Positions 1 through 8,879 of a stretch of 64,000 bases of DNA are shown piece by piece. The stretch is from an uncultured Nitrospiraceae bacterium (GTDB lineage Bacteria > Nitrospirota > UBA9217). Made by a program: the position numbers and the translations under genes. Numbering within the stretch: the first letter of the stretch is position 1; each line of letters starts with the position of its first letter. Location of the stretch: contig CAYUSP010000001.1 of NCBI GenBank assembly GCA_964447405.1, positions 495,909 to 559,908 on the forward strand. Direction: 5' to 3'. Under the pieces are notes generated by a model. The model made no database searches. It was not told where the DNA came from and worked only from the letters and a program-made list of their open reading frames with translations.

Positions 1-688
1 TAGTATCGCCGTCCTCTGTGATCCAGGAGAATGCCTCCATGCCCTGGAATGTTTCCCGGAGCTTGTATACAATCAGATCGCGGTCCCCGATCTTGATCTT
101 TTCTTTAGCTTCCACTACGACAAACGCGTCCTCAGTGCTCATGGTCGCCGGATTGAAGACCGGGAATCGATATTTTTTGCCTGATTCGAGACCCAGAAGA
201 ACGAGCGAGGGCTTCACGTTTGGGGAAAGGTAGGGTGGTTCCTTGAGCGGGATGCGCTCGCTTCTGGATTGCCCGCCTGTCTGTATATCCAGAACGAGCT
301 GGTTTTTCACTACCGCACCCTTGATCTTCATGGAACTCAGTTTCGACGTCAGTTCGAAGTCGAAGTATTTAAGCAGGAAATTCCTGGTCGTATAGCTGTT
401 GATCTTGGTCCCTATTCTTTGTACCGATCCCAGCACGAGAAGGTCGAGCTCCGATTCCTCGCTGATGCGGTACGTATCAGCCTCCCGTGAGATGGTGATG
501 TGCGCAAAGCCGATCTTGCGGCCCTGCTGGTAGATTCCGTGCCAATCGTCTCTTGCGCGGACGCCTTCCTCGGCTATCTGATCGAGAGCAATCACATGGG
601 ATGGACGGAGGTAGGTGCGCTCGATAAGTATACCGAGCATGGTGAACCAAAAGAGCAAAATGAGCGAACTGATGATTTTTTTCAACAT
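1..688 (-). CDS. Hypothetical membrane-anchored protein. It is 3'-truncated at the window edge; the N-terminus is MLKKIISSLILLFWFTMLGILIERTY…
   Basis: The reverse-strand frame is open from the ATG (complement of 686-688) to position 1 with no stop. It has an N-terminal hydrophobic helix. The + strand ORFs at 18-233, 269-490 and 500-715 are antisense artefacts of this gene. Confidence 0.6.
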   Translation of the reverse strand, partial: MLKKIISSLILLFWFTMLGILIERTYLRPSHVIALDQIAEEGVRARDDWHGIYQQGRKIGFAHITISREADTYRISEESELDLLVLGSVQRIGTKINSYTTRNFLLKYFDFELTSKLSSMKIKGAVVKNQLVLDIQTGGQSRSERIPLKEPPYLSPNVKPSLVLLGLESGKKYRFPVFNPATMSTEDAFVVVEAKEKIKIGDRDLIVYKLRETFQGMEAFSWITEDGDT

Positions 689-868
689 AAGAGAGAGGTC
701 TGGAATTTCGGCTAAGCGTATTCGATCTCTTCTATGGTAGCTAGAATAGCTGGTATTGTCAAATATCACGCCCTGCAGGTTTCGGGTATGGACTTTTTCT
801 GCCAGCTGTAGTAATGTCTGCATCGAGAGTATAAAGCGGATATTGTCTCATGAAAGGGGAGGTGCCCT

Positions 869-1163
869 CATGCGGAAGCGAGATGAAAACGGGATCAAGC
901 AGGAGTTCAAGGCGCGCCAGACCAGGCAGATCGTGGCTATTGCCGCGGCCTTGTTCCTGGTGCTGCTGGGCGCGGTGCTCTACAAACGCCCCGATCTCCT
1001 GGGAGCAGTGTCCCATCGGACGCTGTTCGGGCTGCAGGCCATCAGCATTGCTTCGTTCCTGGTGTTTACGACCTATAACTGGCAATGCCCGTCCTGCAAC
1101 AAGTTTCTGGGAAGCAATATCCACCGGCATCGCTGCGGAAAATGCGGAGCACGGCTGCAATAG
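869..1163 (+). CDS. Small membrane protein with two TM helices and a C-terminal CxxC…CxxC zinc ribbon
   Basis: A GGGGAGG Shine-Dalgarno sequence sits immediately 5' of ATG 869. The protein has two hydrophobic helices, then CPSCNKF…CGKCGARLQ. Confidence 0.5.
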
Positions 1164-1213
1164 CATTGAACGAATAGACGCCTGTAGCAGGTTTGAATTG
1201 CCAAAGGAAAACC

Positions 1214-1684
1214 ATGAGACTGCTTTCGATCTTATTTATGGTTTGTTCAGTGGTCATATCAACCGCCAACTGCCACAAGGAGACTGAACAGGACAGGGTC
1301 CGCAAGGTCATTATAAACATCCAAAAGGCGTCCGAAGACAAGGATGTCGGAAAAGTCATCAGCTACCTTTCCCGTAACTACAGCGATCCGCAGGAATTTA
1401 CCTATGACACCATCAAGGGGCTCTTGCTCGGATACTTCTTGCGGCACCAGCGAATATCAGCATATATGACCGGACTGGAAGTCACTACGGAGAATAACGC
1501 AGCTCGGGCGATTTTCCAGGTGATCCTGACCGGAGGTACGCGGACCGGAAATACAGCTGACCTGCTCCCCGAGGCTCTTGGTATGTATTCCTTCGATGTG
1601 GCGCTTATCAAGGAGTCGGGAGATTGGAAAGTTGTAAGCGCGAAATGGGTGAGGATGGCGGACCAGGGCGGAAGCGGACCTTAG
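1214..1684 (+). CDS. Hypothetical secreted protein (signal peptide; possible NTF2/SnoaL-like fold)
   Basis: AGGAAA precedes the ATG. The N-terminal signal peptide is MRLLSILFMVCSVVISTANC. I found no recognisable catalytic motif. Confidence 0.45.
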   Translation: MRLLSILFMVCSVVISTANCHKETEQDRVRKVIINIQKASEDKDVGKVISYLSRNYSDPQEFTYDTIKGLLLGYFLRHQRISAYMTGLEVTTENNAARAIFQVILTGGTRTGNTADLLPEALGMYSFDVALIKESGDWKVVSAKWVRMADQGGSGP

Positions 1685-1781
1685 AGCATAACCTTCATGT
1701 ATGATCGCGCTATTACTCGATCAAGGGTGTGCTGTGTGGTGATCAGGGAAATTGAAATAGGGGGATTATAGAGCGGATACT

Positions 1782-2426
1782 ATGAAAAAAATAATCATAT
1801 TCATCTTTATCGCAGTAGCAGGCTACTGGAGCTACAACAATTATCATTACGTTTTGACCAAAATCGGTCTCCGAAACAATATCACAAAAGGGCAGGTGGT
1901 CTTCTTTACCGCTTCTTCCTGTGGCACACCCTGCTCAGTAGTATCGGACGAACTAAAGAGACGCGGTATTGTTTTTGAGGAAGTCGACGTAATGACCGAA
2001 GAAGGTCGCGGCCGTTTCTACAAGTATAGTCAAGAGACAATCATACCTCTAACCGTAATCGGTGATGTTAAAGTTGTTGGAAGCGATTTACTGGCGCTCG
2101 GGTCTGCTATTACTGAGGCTGCGGGCATGGATTCGCTGACGTCTTCAGAGCAGCAGGCGATGATGAAGCATTTTGATGACAACGGTAATCCTCGGGTGGT
2201 GATGTATGGTACTGAACGGTGCCCGTATTGTAAGAAGTTGAGGGCATTCATGGAAAGGAGCAATACGCCTTATATTTTCGCTGATATAGAGGGAAGCAGC
2301 GAAGCAAAAGACGATTATGTTGCCCTTCGTGGCAGAGGATATCCGCTGACGTTCATTGGCTTCCGCCGCATCGATGGGTATGATGAGAATAAGGTGGGTC
2401 AGGCGGTGAGGGAATTGCTGCGATGA
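1782..2426 (+). CDS. Membrane-anchored tandem glutaredoxin/thioredoxin-fold protein
   Basis: An N-terminal TM helix is followed by two Grx-like domains with CGTPC and CPYC active-site motifs. Confidence 0.75.
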   Translation: MKKIIIFIFIAVAGYWSYNNYHYVLTKIGLRNNITKGQVVFFTASSCGTPCSVVSDELKRRGIVFEEVDVMTEEGRGRFYKYSQETIIPLTVIGDVKVVGSDLLALGSAITEAAGMDSLTSSEQQAMMKHFDDNGNPRVVMYGTERCPYCKKLRAFMERSNTPYIFADIEGSSEAKDDYVALRGRGYPLTFIGFRRIDGYDENKVGQAVRELLR

Positions 2427-2534
2427 GGCAGAACCTGCGTTATTAAGCCGCAATCGTAAATTGCTCATCATATTTTCGCGGCACCAACAATGCCTTGAAT
2501 CCCGCAATATTTTGTGCAATAATCCCATTCCGTC

Positions 2535-3686
2535 ATGACTAACCTCCGATCCTTACTAACGAACAATTTGTCCTTCCTCGTAATTCCGCTCTGGGCCGGG
2601 ATGCTTGCGTTTCCCTTCACCGGTTTAGGCAGTGCTGCTGGCATTGCGGCGGCAGCTGTTGCACTTATCGCCCTCTGGAAATTTACTAAACTTGATTCTG
2701 TTGTTATTGTCATCCGTACCGCGATCAGCAGAATAGCAGCTGCCGTTCGATCTGTTTCTATACCCCGCCTCACGCACAAACCCTTCCTGTACGTGGCAAG
2801 CGTAGCACTGTGCATCATTCTACCATTGTTCCTGAATGATTATTACCGGGATATCATGACACTTACAGGCATGTATATCGTCCTCGCCCTTGGTCTGAAC
2901 ATCGTGGTAGGGCAGGCCGGCCTCCTGAACCTGGGGTACGTGGCATTCTATGCCCTGGGTGCCTACACCTATGCGATACTGTCCACAACCATCGGATTAT
3001 CTTTCTGGCCGGGGCTTGTTGCAGGCGGTCTGGTTTCAGCGGCGTTCGCGGCACTCCTCGGGATGATGACTCTGAAACTGCGCGGGGACTATTTTGCCAT
3101 CGTAACCTTGGGGCTCGGCGAGATCACACGCATCATTGCGAATAATTGGGACAGCATGACCGGCGGACCGAACGGCATCTCAGGGATCGGAAGGCCGCGC
3201 ATTGCGGGCTATGAAATCCATACAACCATGGATTTTTATTATCTCATGCTTATCCTGGTCATCCTGACCGTGTTCTCCATGCAGCGGCTTATAGCGTCAC
3301 GCATCGGGAGGGCCTGGATCGCCATCCGGGAGGATGAGATCGCGGCAGAGGCAATGGGGATCAATACCTACAGGCTGAAATTGCAAGCGTTCGTAATCGG
3401 GTCTGCGTGGGCGGGTGTGGTCGGCGTATTTTTCGCGGCTAAGATGGCATTTGTGTCTCCGGAGAGCTTCACGTTCTTTGAATCGGTGATCATTCTCTGC
3501 ATGGTCGTTCTGGGAGGCATGGGCAGCATCGCGGGCATCATTCTCGGCGCCCTGCTCCTGATCACGCTCCCTGAGATTTTTCGCGAATTTCAGGATTACC
3601 GCATGCTGGCATTCGGCGTTGCCCTCGTTGTAATGATGGTCTTCCGGCCGCAGGGGCTATTGGGTGGAGTGAGAAAAGCGGTTTAA
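2535..3686 (+). CDS. livM: Branched-chain amino acid ABC transporter permease (LivM family)
   Basis: It is a polytopic membrane protein carrying the LivM signature NLGYVAFYALGAYTYA. Confidence 0.8.
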   Translation: MTNLRSLLTNNLSFLVIPLWAGMLAFPFTGLGSAAGIAAAAVALIALWKFTKLDSVVIVIRTAISRIAAAVRSVSIPRLTHKPFLYVASVALCIILPLFLNDYYRDIMTLTGMYIVLALGLNIVVGQAGLLNLGYVAFYALGAYTYAILSTTIGLSFWPGLVAGGLVSAAFAALLGMMTLKLRGDYFAIVTLGLGEITRIIANNWDSMTGGPNGISGIGRPRIAGYEIHTTMDFYYLMLILVILTVFSMQRLIASRIGRAWIAIREDEIAAEAMGINTYRLKLQAFVIGSAWAGVVGVFFAAKMAFVSPESFTFFESVIILCMVVLGGMGSIAGIILGALLLITLPEIFREFQDYRMLAFGVALVVMMVFRPQGLLGGVRKAV

Positions 3687-3738
3687 GCTGATTTTTGTAC
3701 TTTTATGCCATGTTCTTAATCAAAGCAGAACCATTTTT

Positions 3739-3814
3739 CACACGAAGTCACGAAGTCACGAAGAACGACAATCGCTGATTCATGGTTTTTTTCGTGGCTT
3801 TGCGGCTTCGTGTG
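3739..3814. repeat. Imperfect 24-nt inverted repeat (cacacgaagtcacgaagtcacgaa … ttcgtggctttgcggcttcgtgtg). It contains an 8-mer cacgaagt tandem triplet and lies in the livM-livG gap.
   Basis: My direct read gives 20 of 24 complementary positions. It shares the core gaagccgcaaagcc with the repeat at 5400-5510. Confidence 0.7.
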
Positions 3815-3873
3815 ATATCGCTTTGTATGCTGTTTTTGCTTCATCTGTCTGAGGCTTTACCTCGTTTACTATT

Positions 3874-4644
3874 ATGTTGCTACTGGAAACTAAAAATCTG
3901 GCAAAGAACTTCGGAGGTCTCAAGGCGCTCGACGGCATTGACATGCGCGTGGAGCGGGAGCGGATCGTCGGCATAATCGGTCCGAACGGCGCGGGCAAGA
4001 CGACCTTCTTCAACTGCGTCACCGGTATGTACCAGCCCACACGGGGTAGAGTGATCTTCCATGACCGGGATATCACCCGTATGCCGCCCCACGAGATAAC
4101 GTCCATGGGGATCGCGAGAACATTTCAGAACATACGGCTCTTTAACGGTATGACGGTCAAGGAAAATGTCATAGCCGCAGCGCACTGCCGGTCAAATGCA
4201 GGCGTGTGGGGCGCCATCATGAGGACCCGGCGCGTGCGGAAGGAAGAACGCGACCTTGCCTTCCGGGCAATGGACATTCTGAAGTTCGTGGGGATCGAGG
4301 ACCTGCATGACCATGTTGCCTCCAACCTGTCTTATGGCGAACAGCGCAGGCTGGAGATCGCGAGAGCGCTCGGGACCGAGCCGCACCTGCTGCTGCTCGA
4401 TGAGCCGGCCGCAGGTATGAATCCGCTGGAAACGCAGGACCTGATGGCGCTGATCAGGAAAATACGGGACAACGGGGTGGCAATCCTTCTGATCGAACAT
4501 GACATGAAAGTAGTTATGGGAATATCGGACCGGGTGATTGTGCTGGACCACGGCGTGAAAATAGCCGAGGGTCTGCCTAAGGACATCCAGTCTGATCCGG
4601 CCGTGATCGAGGCGTATCTCGGCAAGGAGAGCGTGCATGCTTGA
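3874..4644 (+). CDS. livG: Branched-chain amino acid ABC transporter ATP-binding protein (LivG family)
   Basis: Walker A GPNGAGKTT, the ABC signature LSYGEQRRLEIARAL and Walker B LLLLDEPAAG are all present. Confidence 0.85.
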   Translation: MLLLETKNLAKNFGGLKALDGIDMRVERERIVGIIGPNGAGKTTFFNCVTGMYQPTRGRVIFHDRDITRMPPHEITSMGIARTFQNIRLFNGMTVKENVIAAAHCRSNAGVWGAIMRTRRVRKEERDLAFRAMDILKFVGIEDLHDHVASNLSYGEQRRLEIARALGTEPHLLLLDEPAAGMNPLETQDLMALIRKIRDNGVAILLIEHDMKVVMGISDRVIVLDHGVKIAEGLPKDIQSDPAVIEAYLGKESVHA

Positions 4645-5338
4645 GCTCCGGGATGTGACCGTATCCTACGGCATGATCGAGGCGCTCAAGGGTATCAGCC
4701 TTGCAGTGAGGCAAGGTGAGATCGTTGCGCTGATCGGCGCTAATGGCGCCGGGAAGTCTACGGCGCTGATGACGATTTCCGGTATCGTTTCCCCGCGATC
4801 GGGCACTATCACATACCTTGGAAAAGAAGTAACCTCCTTTCCGTCGCATCAGATCGTGCACATGGGCATTTCGCAGGTGCCCGAAGGCAGGCGCATTTTT
4901 TCCTCGATGACAGTACGCGAGAATCTGGAGATGGGCGCCTTCACCCGGGAAACGCGGGAAATTGATGTCTCCCTCAGGCGAATATTTGAAGTGTTTCCCA
5001 CCCTGGAAGAGCGTCAGCAACAGCTGGGAGGCACACTCTCAGGCGGGGAACAGCAGATGCTTGCCATCGGTCGCGCACTTATGGCAAGACCTCAGCTCCT
5101 GCTTCTTGACGAACCATCGCTCGGACTTGCTCCGATCATGGTCAGCAGGATATTCAAGATCATCAAGGAGATCAACAGTCAGGGTACGACCATCCTTCTT
5201 GTCGAGCAAAATGCCAAAGCAGCTCTCAGGCTTGCGCAACGCGCCTATGTCATGGAAACAGGAATGATCGTGATGCAGGGTAAGTCCGCGGAATTGGAAA
5301 ACGACCCGGGTATCAAGAAGGCTTATCTGGGGGAATAA
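4637..5338 (+). CDS. livF: Branched-chain amino acid ABC transporter ATP-binding protein (LivF family)
   Basis: Walker A GANGAGKST and the signature LSGGEQQMLAIGRAL are present. It overlaps livG by 8 nt. Confidence 0.85.
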   Translation: MLELRDVTVSYGMIEALKGISLAVRQGEIVALIGANGAGKSTALMTISGIVSPRSGTITYLGKEVTSFPSHQIVHMGISQVPEGRRIFSSMTVRENLEMGAFTRETREIDVSLRRIFEVFPTLEERQQQLGGTLSGGEQQMLAIGRALMARPQLLLLDEPSLGLAPIMVSRIFKIIKEINSQGTTILLVEQNAKAALRLAQRAYVMETGMIVMQGKSAELENDPGIKKAYLGE

Positions 5339-5399
5339 TATGTATGAATGAGGAATTAATTTCCACGGAGTCAAACTCTGCGCAAAATAGCAGGAATAT

Positions 5400-5510
5400 T
5401 TTCGCGCAAAGCCGCAAAGGCGCCAAGAAAGTCCCAACAAGAGGCTCAGACTTCTGGTTTTAACCATAGGTTTAAGGGTTTATTTGCGCGCTTTGCGGCT
5501 TTGCGCGAAA
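5400..5510. repeat. Perfect 20-nt inverted repeat (tttcgcgcaaagccgcaaag / ctttgcggctttgcgcgaaa) separated by 71 nt, downstream of livF
   Basis: Exact reverse-complement arms lie at 5400-5419 and 5491-5510. The core motif aagccgcaaag is shared with the repeat at 3739-3814. Confidence 0.8.
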
Positions 5511-5550
5511 CGGCTTTTTGTTTCCGGCTTGTCCGGGTCAGGAATGCGAA

Positions 5551-6300
5551 ATGCTGCGCAACATTAAACTCGTTATCGAATACGACGGCACCAATTACCA
5601 TGGCTGGCAGTCCCAGATCGGAACAGGCAGGCCTACGATCCAGGATTCGATAGAGATGGCTATTGCCATGGTTGCCGCGGAAGACGTAACTACCTATTCG
5701 TCCGGACGGACGGATGCAGGCGTGCACGCATGGGGCCATGTGGCGAATTTCAGGACCTGCAGCACGATCCCTGCCGAGGCCTGGACCCCCGCATTAAACC
5801 ACGTGCTTCCTCCAGACATCCGGGTGGTCTCTTCGGTGGAGGTAAAAGACGATTTCCATGCCCGGTTCAGCGCGTTGAGGAAAACCTATGTGTACCGAAT
5901 TCTGAACCGGAAAGCACCGTCTGCAATTCATCGGCATTATTCCTGGCATGTGAACAGGCCGCTTGATCTTGAACGCATGCGACAGGAAGCCCTCCATCTT
6001 CAGGGAAAGCACGATTTCTCAGCCTTTCGAGGATCAGGTTGCGCTGCTAAAACGACGGTGAGGACGATGACGTCTGTGGCCATTCTGCACGAAGGCGATT
6101 TTGTTCTGGTCCGGATGGAAGCTGATGCTTTTCTGATGCATATGGCTCGGAATATCGTGGGAACTCTCGCGGAAATCGGGCTCGGCCGTTTTCAAGCTGA
6201 AGACGTTGCCATGATACTGGCTTCCCGTGACCGGACAAGGGCGGGCAGGACGGCCCCTCCCCAGGGTCTGTACCTGGAATCAGTGCGCTATACGGAATGA
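5551..6300 (+). CDS. truA: tRNA pseudouridine(38-40) synthase TruA
   Basis: Motifs LVIEYDGTNYHGWQ and RTDAGVHA (catalytic Asp) are present. I chose the MLRNIKL start. Confidence 0.85.
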   Translation: MLRNIKLVIEYDGTNYHGWQSQIGTGRPTIQDSIEMAIAMVAAEDVTTYSSGRTDAGVHAWGHVANFRTCSTIPAEAWTPALNHVLPPDIRVVSSVEVKDDFHARFSALRKTYVYRILNRKAPSAIHRHYSWHVNRPLDLERMRQEALHLQGKHDFSAFRGSGCAAKTTVRTMTSVAILHEGDFVLVRMEADAFLMHMARNIVGTLAEIGLGRFQAEDVAMILASRDRTRAGRTAPPQGLYLESVRYTE

Positions 6301-6401
6301 ACAACCGCGAATCGTTCGCAAAAGTGAAACAACTTTAGATGAATTCTCATACTTGCGAAAGCAAACCATTTGCTATATAGTATGAAAACAACAGCTTAGT
6401 G

Positions 6402-6417
6402 CTGGCATAGTACGTGC
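6402..6417 (+). promoter_or_regulatory. Candidate sigma54 (-24/-12) promoter TGGCAT-N5-GTGCA upstream of the cytochrome operon
   Basis: GG at 6403-6404 and GC at 6415-6416 with exact 10-nt spacing. It differs from the TGGCAC-N5-TTGCA consensus at 2 positions and lies about 220 nt upstream of ATG 6637. Confidence 0.4.
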
Positions 6418-6636
6418 ATTCCTGTGACCCGGACCATTGCATCATTGAGGAATGTCCGGATAGTTTCCGCTTCACCATCATTGCCCTCAGCAAATAATTA
6501 AACGTACAGCATTGCAGGCAGTTTTATAGTTCGCCTGGTTACGAGCCCGAAGAGCGCTGTTTCGTTGTGTCGAAGCACATTCGCACAGCTTGTATTTGTG
6601 CATACTACATACACTAGATTGTGAAAGGAGAACGTA

Positions 6637-7542
6637 ATGAGGAATTGGTTGAGCGCAGTACCGATTTTGTTGTGCATCCTCATCCTGGCCCCTTCGGCGG
6701 GTGCCGCGACCGACGCCGCGACCTGTCTGGGATGCCATGGATCCATGGAAGGAGCCGCTCAGGTGAACCAGGACAAATTCACCAAGTCGGTTCACGGGGG
6801 GATGAACGACTGCCTGATGTGCCATGTGACCCTGAAGGGAGCACAGCACCAGGGCCTGTCAGGAGGGAAACCTGACAAAATAGTACAGGCGCTTGCTGCC
6901 GGTCTGCTGCACAAAAGCAAGAAGGATGCCATTGCGCAGGCTGCCTGCGTGACATGCCATTCCGACAGCTATGAAAGCTACAAAGCGAGCGTGCATGGCC
7001 AGAACGTCCTTGCCAAAAAATTGAGCGATGGTCCTGTATGCACTGACTGCCACGGTTCGCCGCACTATATCCAATCCAAGGCCAGCAAGGAATCCGCGGT
7101 CAATCATTTCAACGTGGTCCAGAAAGCCTGCGGCAAGTGCCATGAAGAGAAGCATATGGCGGAGAAGTACGGTTTCTCGCCCAAGGTCATGGAGCGCTAC
7201 CTCGAGAGCTTCCACGGCAGAAAGCTGAAAGTCGGCCATAGCGGGGCACCATCATGTTCAAGCTGCCATGGTTCCCACGACATCAAGAGTGCCAAGGACT
7301 CAGCGTCGCCCGTAGTCGGTGCCAATAAGAAAAAGACCTGTGCGAAGTGCCATTCCGGAGCTACGGATAAATTCGTTGCCGCGATCACGCATAAACCGCT
7401 CCATCCCATCGCGCATTTCACCGAATTGGCTTTGATCGTCCTTACCATGGGCGTGTTTGTTTTTATCTGCATCCATGTTCTGCTGGATATTATCGCGGAC
7501 ATCCGCGAGAAAGTGTTCAAGAAGGGGGGCGGCCATGAATAA
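6637..7542 (+). CDS. Heptaheme c-type cytochrome with signal peptide and C-terminal membrane anchor (CbcA-like)
   Basis: There are seven CxxCH motifs: CLGCH, CLMCH, CVTCH, CTDCH, CGKCH, CSSCH, CAKCH. A GGAG Shine-Dalgarno sequence is present, and a C-terminal TM helix. Confidence 0.85.
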   Translation: MRNWLSAVPILLCILILAPSAGAATDAATCLGCHGSMEGAAQVNQDKFTKSVHGGMNDCLMCHVTLKGAQHQGLSGGKPDKIVQALAAGLLHKSKKDAIAQAACVTCHSDSYESYKASVHGQNVLAKKLSDGPVCTDCHGSPHYIQSKASKESAVNHFNVVQKACGKCHEEKHMAEKYGFSPKVMERYLESFHGRKLKVGHSGAPSCSSCHGSHDIKSAKDSASPVVGANKKKTCAKCHSGATDKFVAAITHKPLHPIAHFTELALIVLTMGVFVFICIHVLLDIIADIREKVFKKGGGHE

Positions 7543-8242
7543 TACCATACCGACCGAGATAGAGAGGTTCGACCTCTCTGCGAGAATTCAGCATGTCATC
7601 ATGTTCACGACGTTCCTGCTCCTGTCCTTTACCGGCTGGGGGCTGAAGTACGCATACCAGGATCCGGCCAGTTCCTGGATCCAGTTCTGGGGCGGCGCGA
7701 AGAGCGCCGGCCTTATCCACCGTGTGGCCGGCATTATCATGCTGCTGGATTTTGTGTACCACCAGTTCTATCTCGTAAACCAGGCGCGCAAAGGCGGTTT
7801 CCGTTTCTCCCTGGTGCCCATGCCCAAGGATGTGGTGGATGCATTCCACAACTTCATGTATTTTTTCGGTGTCCGGAAAGAGCGGCCGTATTTCGGCAAG
7901 TTCAACTACATGCAGAAGTTCGATTACTGGGCGGTTTACTGGGGAATGTTCATCATCGGGGCTTCGGGATTTTTTCTCGCATTCCCGGTTACCGTATCGC
8001 CGCTCTTCCCGTCATTTACGATCCCGTGGATCTGGGATGTGATGTTTGCCATGCATAGTGATGAGGCTCTGCTGGCGATCGTGTTCATTCTGATCTTCCA
8101 TTTTTACAACGAGCACCTGCGTTCTGAGGTGTTCCCCATGAACTGGATGTGGCTCACCGGCAAGATGACGATCGAACAGTTGAAGCATCACCATCCGGCT
8201 GAATATGATTACCAGTTCGGGGATAAAAATAAGAAGAAGTAA
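7535..8242 (+). CDS. Dihaem b-type cytochrome, FdnI/HydC (cytochrome b561) family membrane subunit (CbcB-like)
   Basis: Four TM helices carry conserved His residues (IQHVIMF, LIHRVAG, MHSD…HFYNEH). It overlaps the upstream cytochrome c gene by 8 nt (ATGAATAA), and GGGGGG precedes the ATG. Confidence 0.75.
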   Translation: MNNTIPTEIERFDLSARIQHVIMFTTFLLLSFTGWGLKYAYQDPASSWIQFWGGAKSAGLIHRVAGIIMLLDFVYHQFYLVNQARKGGFRFSLVPMPKDVVDAFHNFMYFFGVRKERPYFGKFNYMQKFDYWAVYWGMFIIGASGFFLAFPVTVSPLFPSFTIPWIWDVMFAMHSDEALLAIVFILIFHFYNEHLRSEVFPMNWMWLTGKMTIEQLKHHHPAEYDYQFGDKNKKK

Positions 8243-8270
8243 AACGCACTGAGCGTCTTTCAATAATTAC

Positions 8271-8309
8271 AAAACAAAACGGCGACCCATTGGGCCGCCG
8301 TTTTGTTTG
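8271..8309. terminator. Bidirectional rho-independent terminator between convergent genes
   Basis: aaaacaaaacGGCGaCCCattGGGcCGCCgttttgtttg forms a GC stem flanked by an A-run and a T-run. Confidence 0.7.
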
Positions 8310-8363
8310 CAGATATCGTTGGATATATAGTCCCCCGTGAAGAACCTCACGTGCGACCAACGC

Positions 8364-8768
8364 TTATTTTACCAATTTTACGATCCCATCAAAATCCATT
8401 GATGTGCCGGATTTCGCTGCTTCTTCCTTTCGTTGGAAGGCAGCGATGCCCCAGCCCATGGGAGTGCTGAACTGTCTGGGCGAACTGATGTAAAAAGCCT
8501 TCCGAGCGTCGATCCATGAGCTTGTGGAAAAATCCCTTACCTCGGCAATGCCCGCGTTCAGTCCCTTTCTCTTGAGATGGACGATCAAATCGCCGATATC
8601 GCAGAAATGCAGAAAGGAATCCTGGTGGGTAAGCCGGGCACTGAATTTTGAGGCTGCATCGACCCTCATGCCGCACTCCGCGCAGGTATTGACAGCGGCG
8701 ATTGCCGGTGTCAGAGCTAAAACTGCGAGAATCAGTGCCGCCCCCGGGAAGGACAGATACTTTTTCAT
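8364..8768 (-). CDS. NosL-family (copper-chaperone-like) lipoprotein
   Basis: Signal peptide MKKYLSFPGAALILAVLALTPAIAAVNTC, then the CAECGM motif typical of NosL/DUF, about 135 aa. Confidence 0.55.
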   Translation of the reverse strand: MKKYLSFPGAALILAVLALTPAIAAVNTCAECGMRVDAASKFSARLTHQDSFLHFCDIGDLIVHLKRKGLNAGIAEVRDFSTSSWIDARKAFYISSPRQFSTPMGWGIAAFQRKEEAAKSGTSMDFDGIVKLVK

Positions 8769-8820
8769 CGGGTGTTTCCTTTCCGCGATATGCCCGGCTG
8801 AACGATCATACGTGCAAGCC

Positions 8821-8854
8821 GGAAACAAAAACCCCCCGAAAAGAATGCGGGGGG
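8821..8854 (-). terminator. Rho-independent terminator after rpmB
   Basis: A ccccccg…cgggggg hairpin is followed on the minus strand by tttttgttt. Confidence 0.65.
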
Positions 8855-8879
8855 TGTGGAAAAAACGGGGATGAAAATA

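Noticed and set aside
18-715. Three + strand ORFs (18-233, 269-490, 500-715) at the window start
   Set aside because: They lie antisense to a continuous minus-strand reading frame (1..688) that starts with a hydrophobic N-terminus. I take them as shadow ORFs.
6487-6849. Minus-strand ORFs in the truA–cytochrome intergenic region
   Set aside because: They run through the AT-rich promoter/leader and into the antisense of the cytochrome signal peptide. I found no supporting features.
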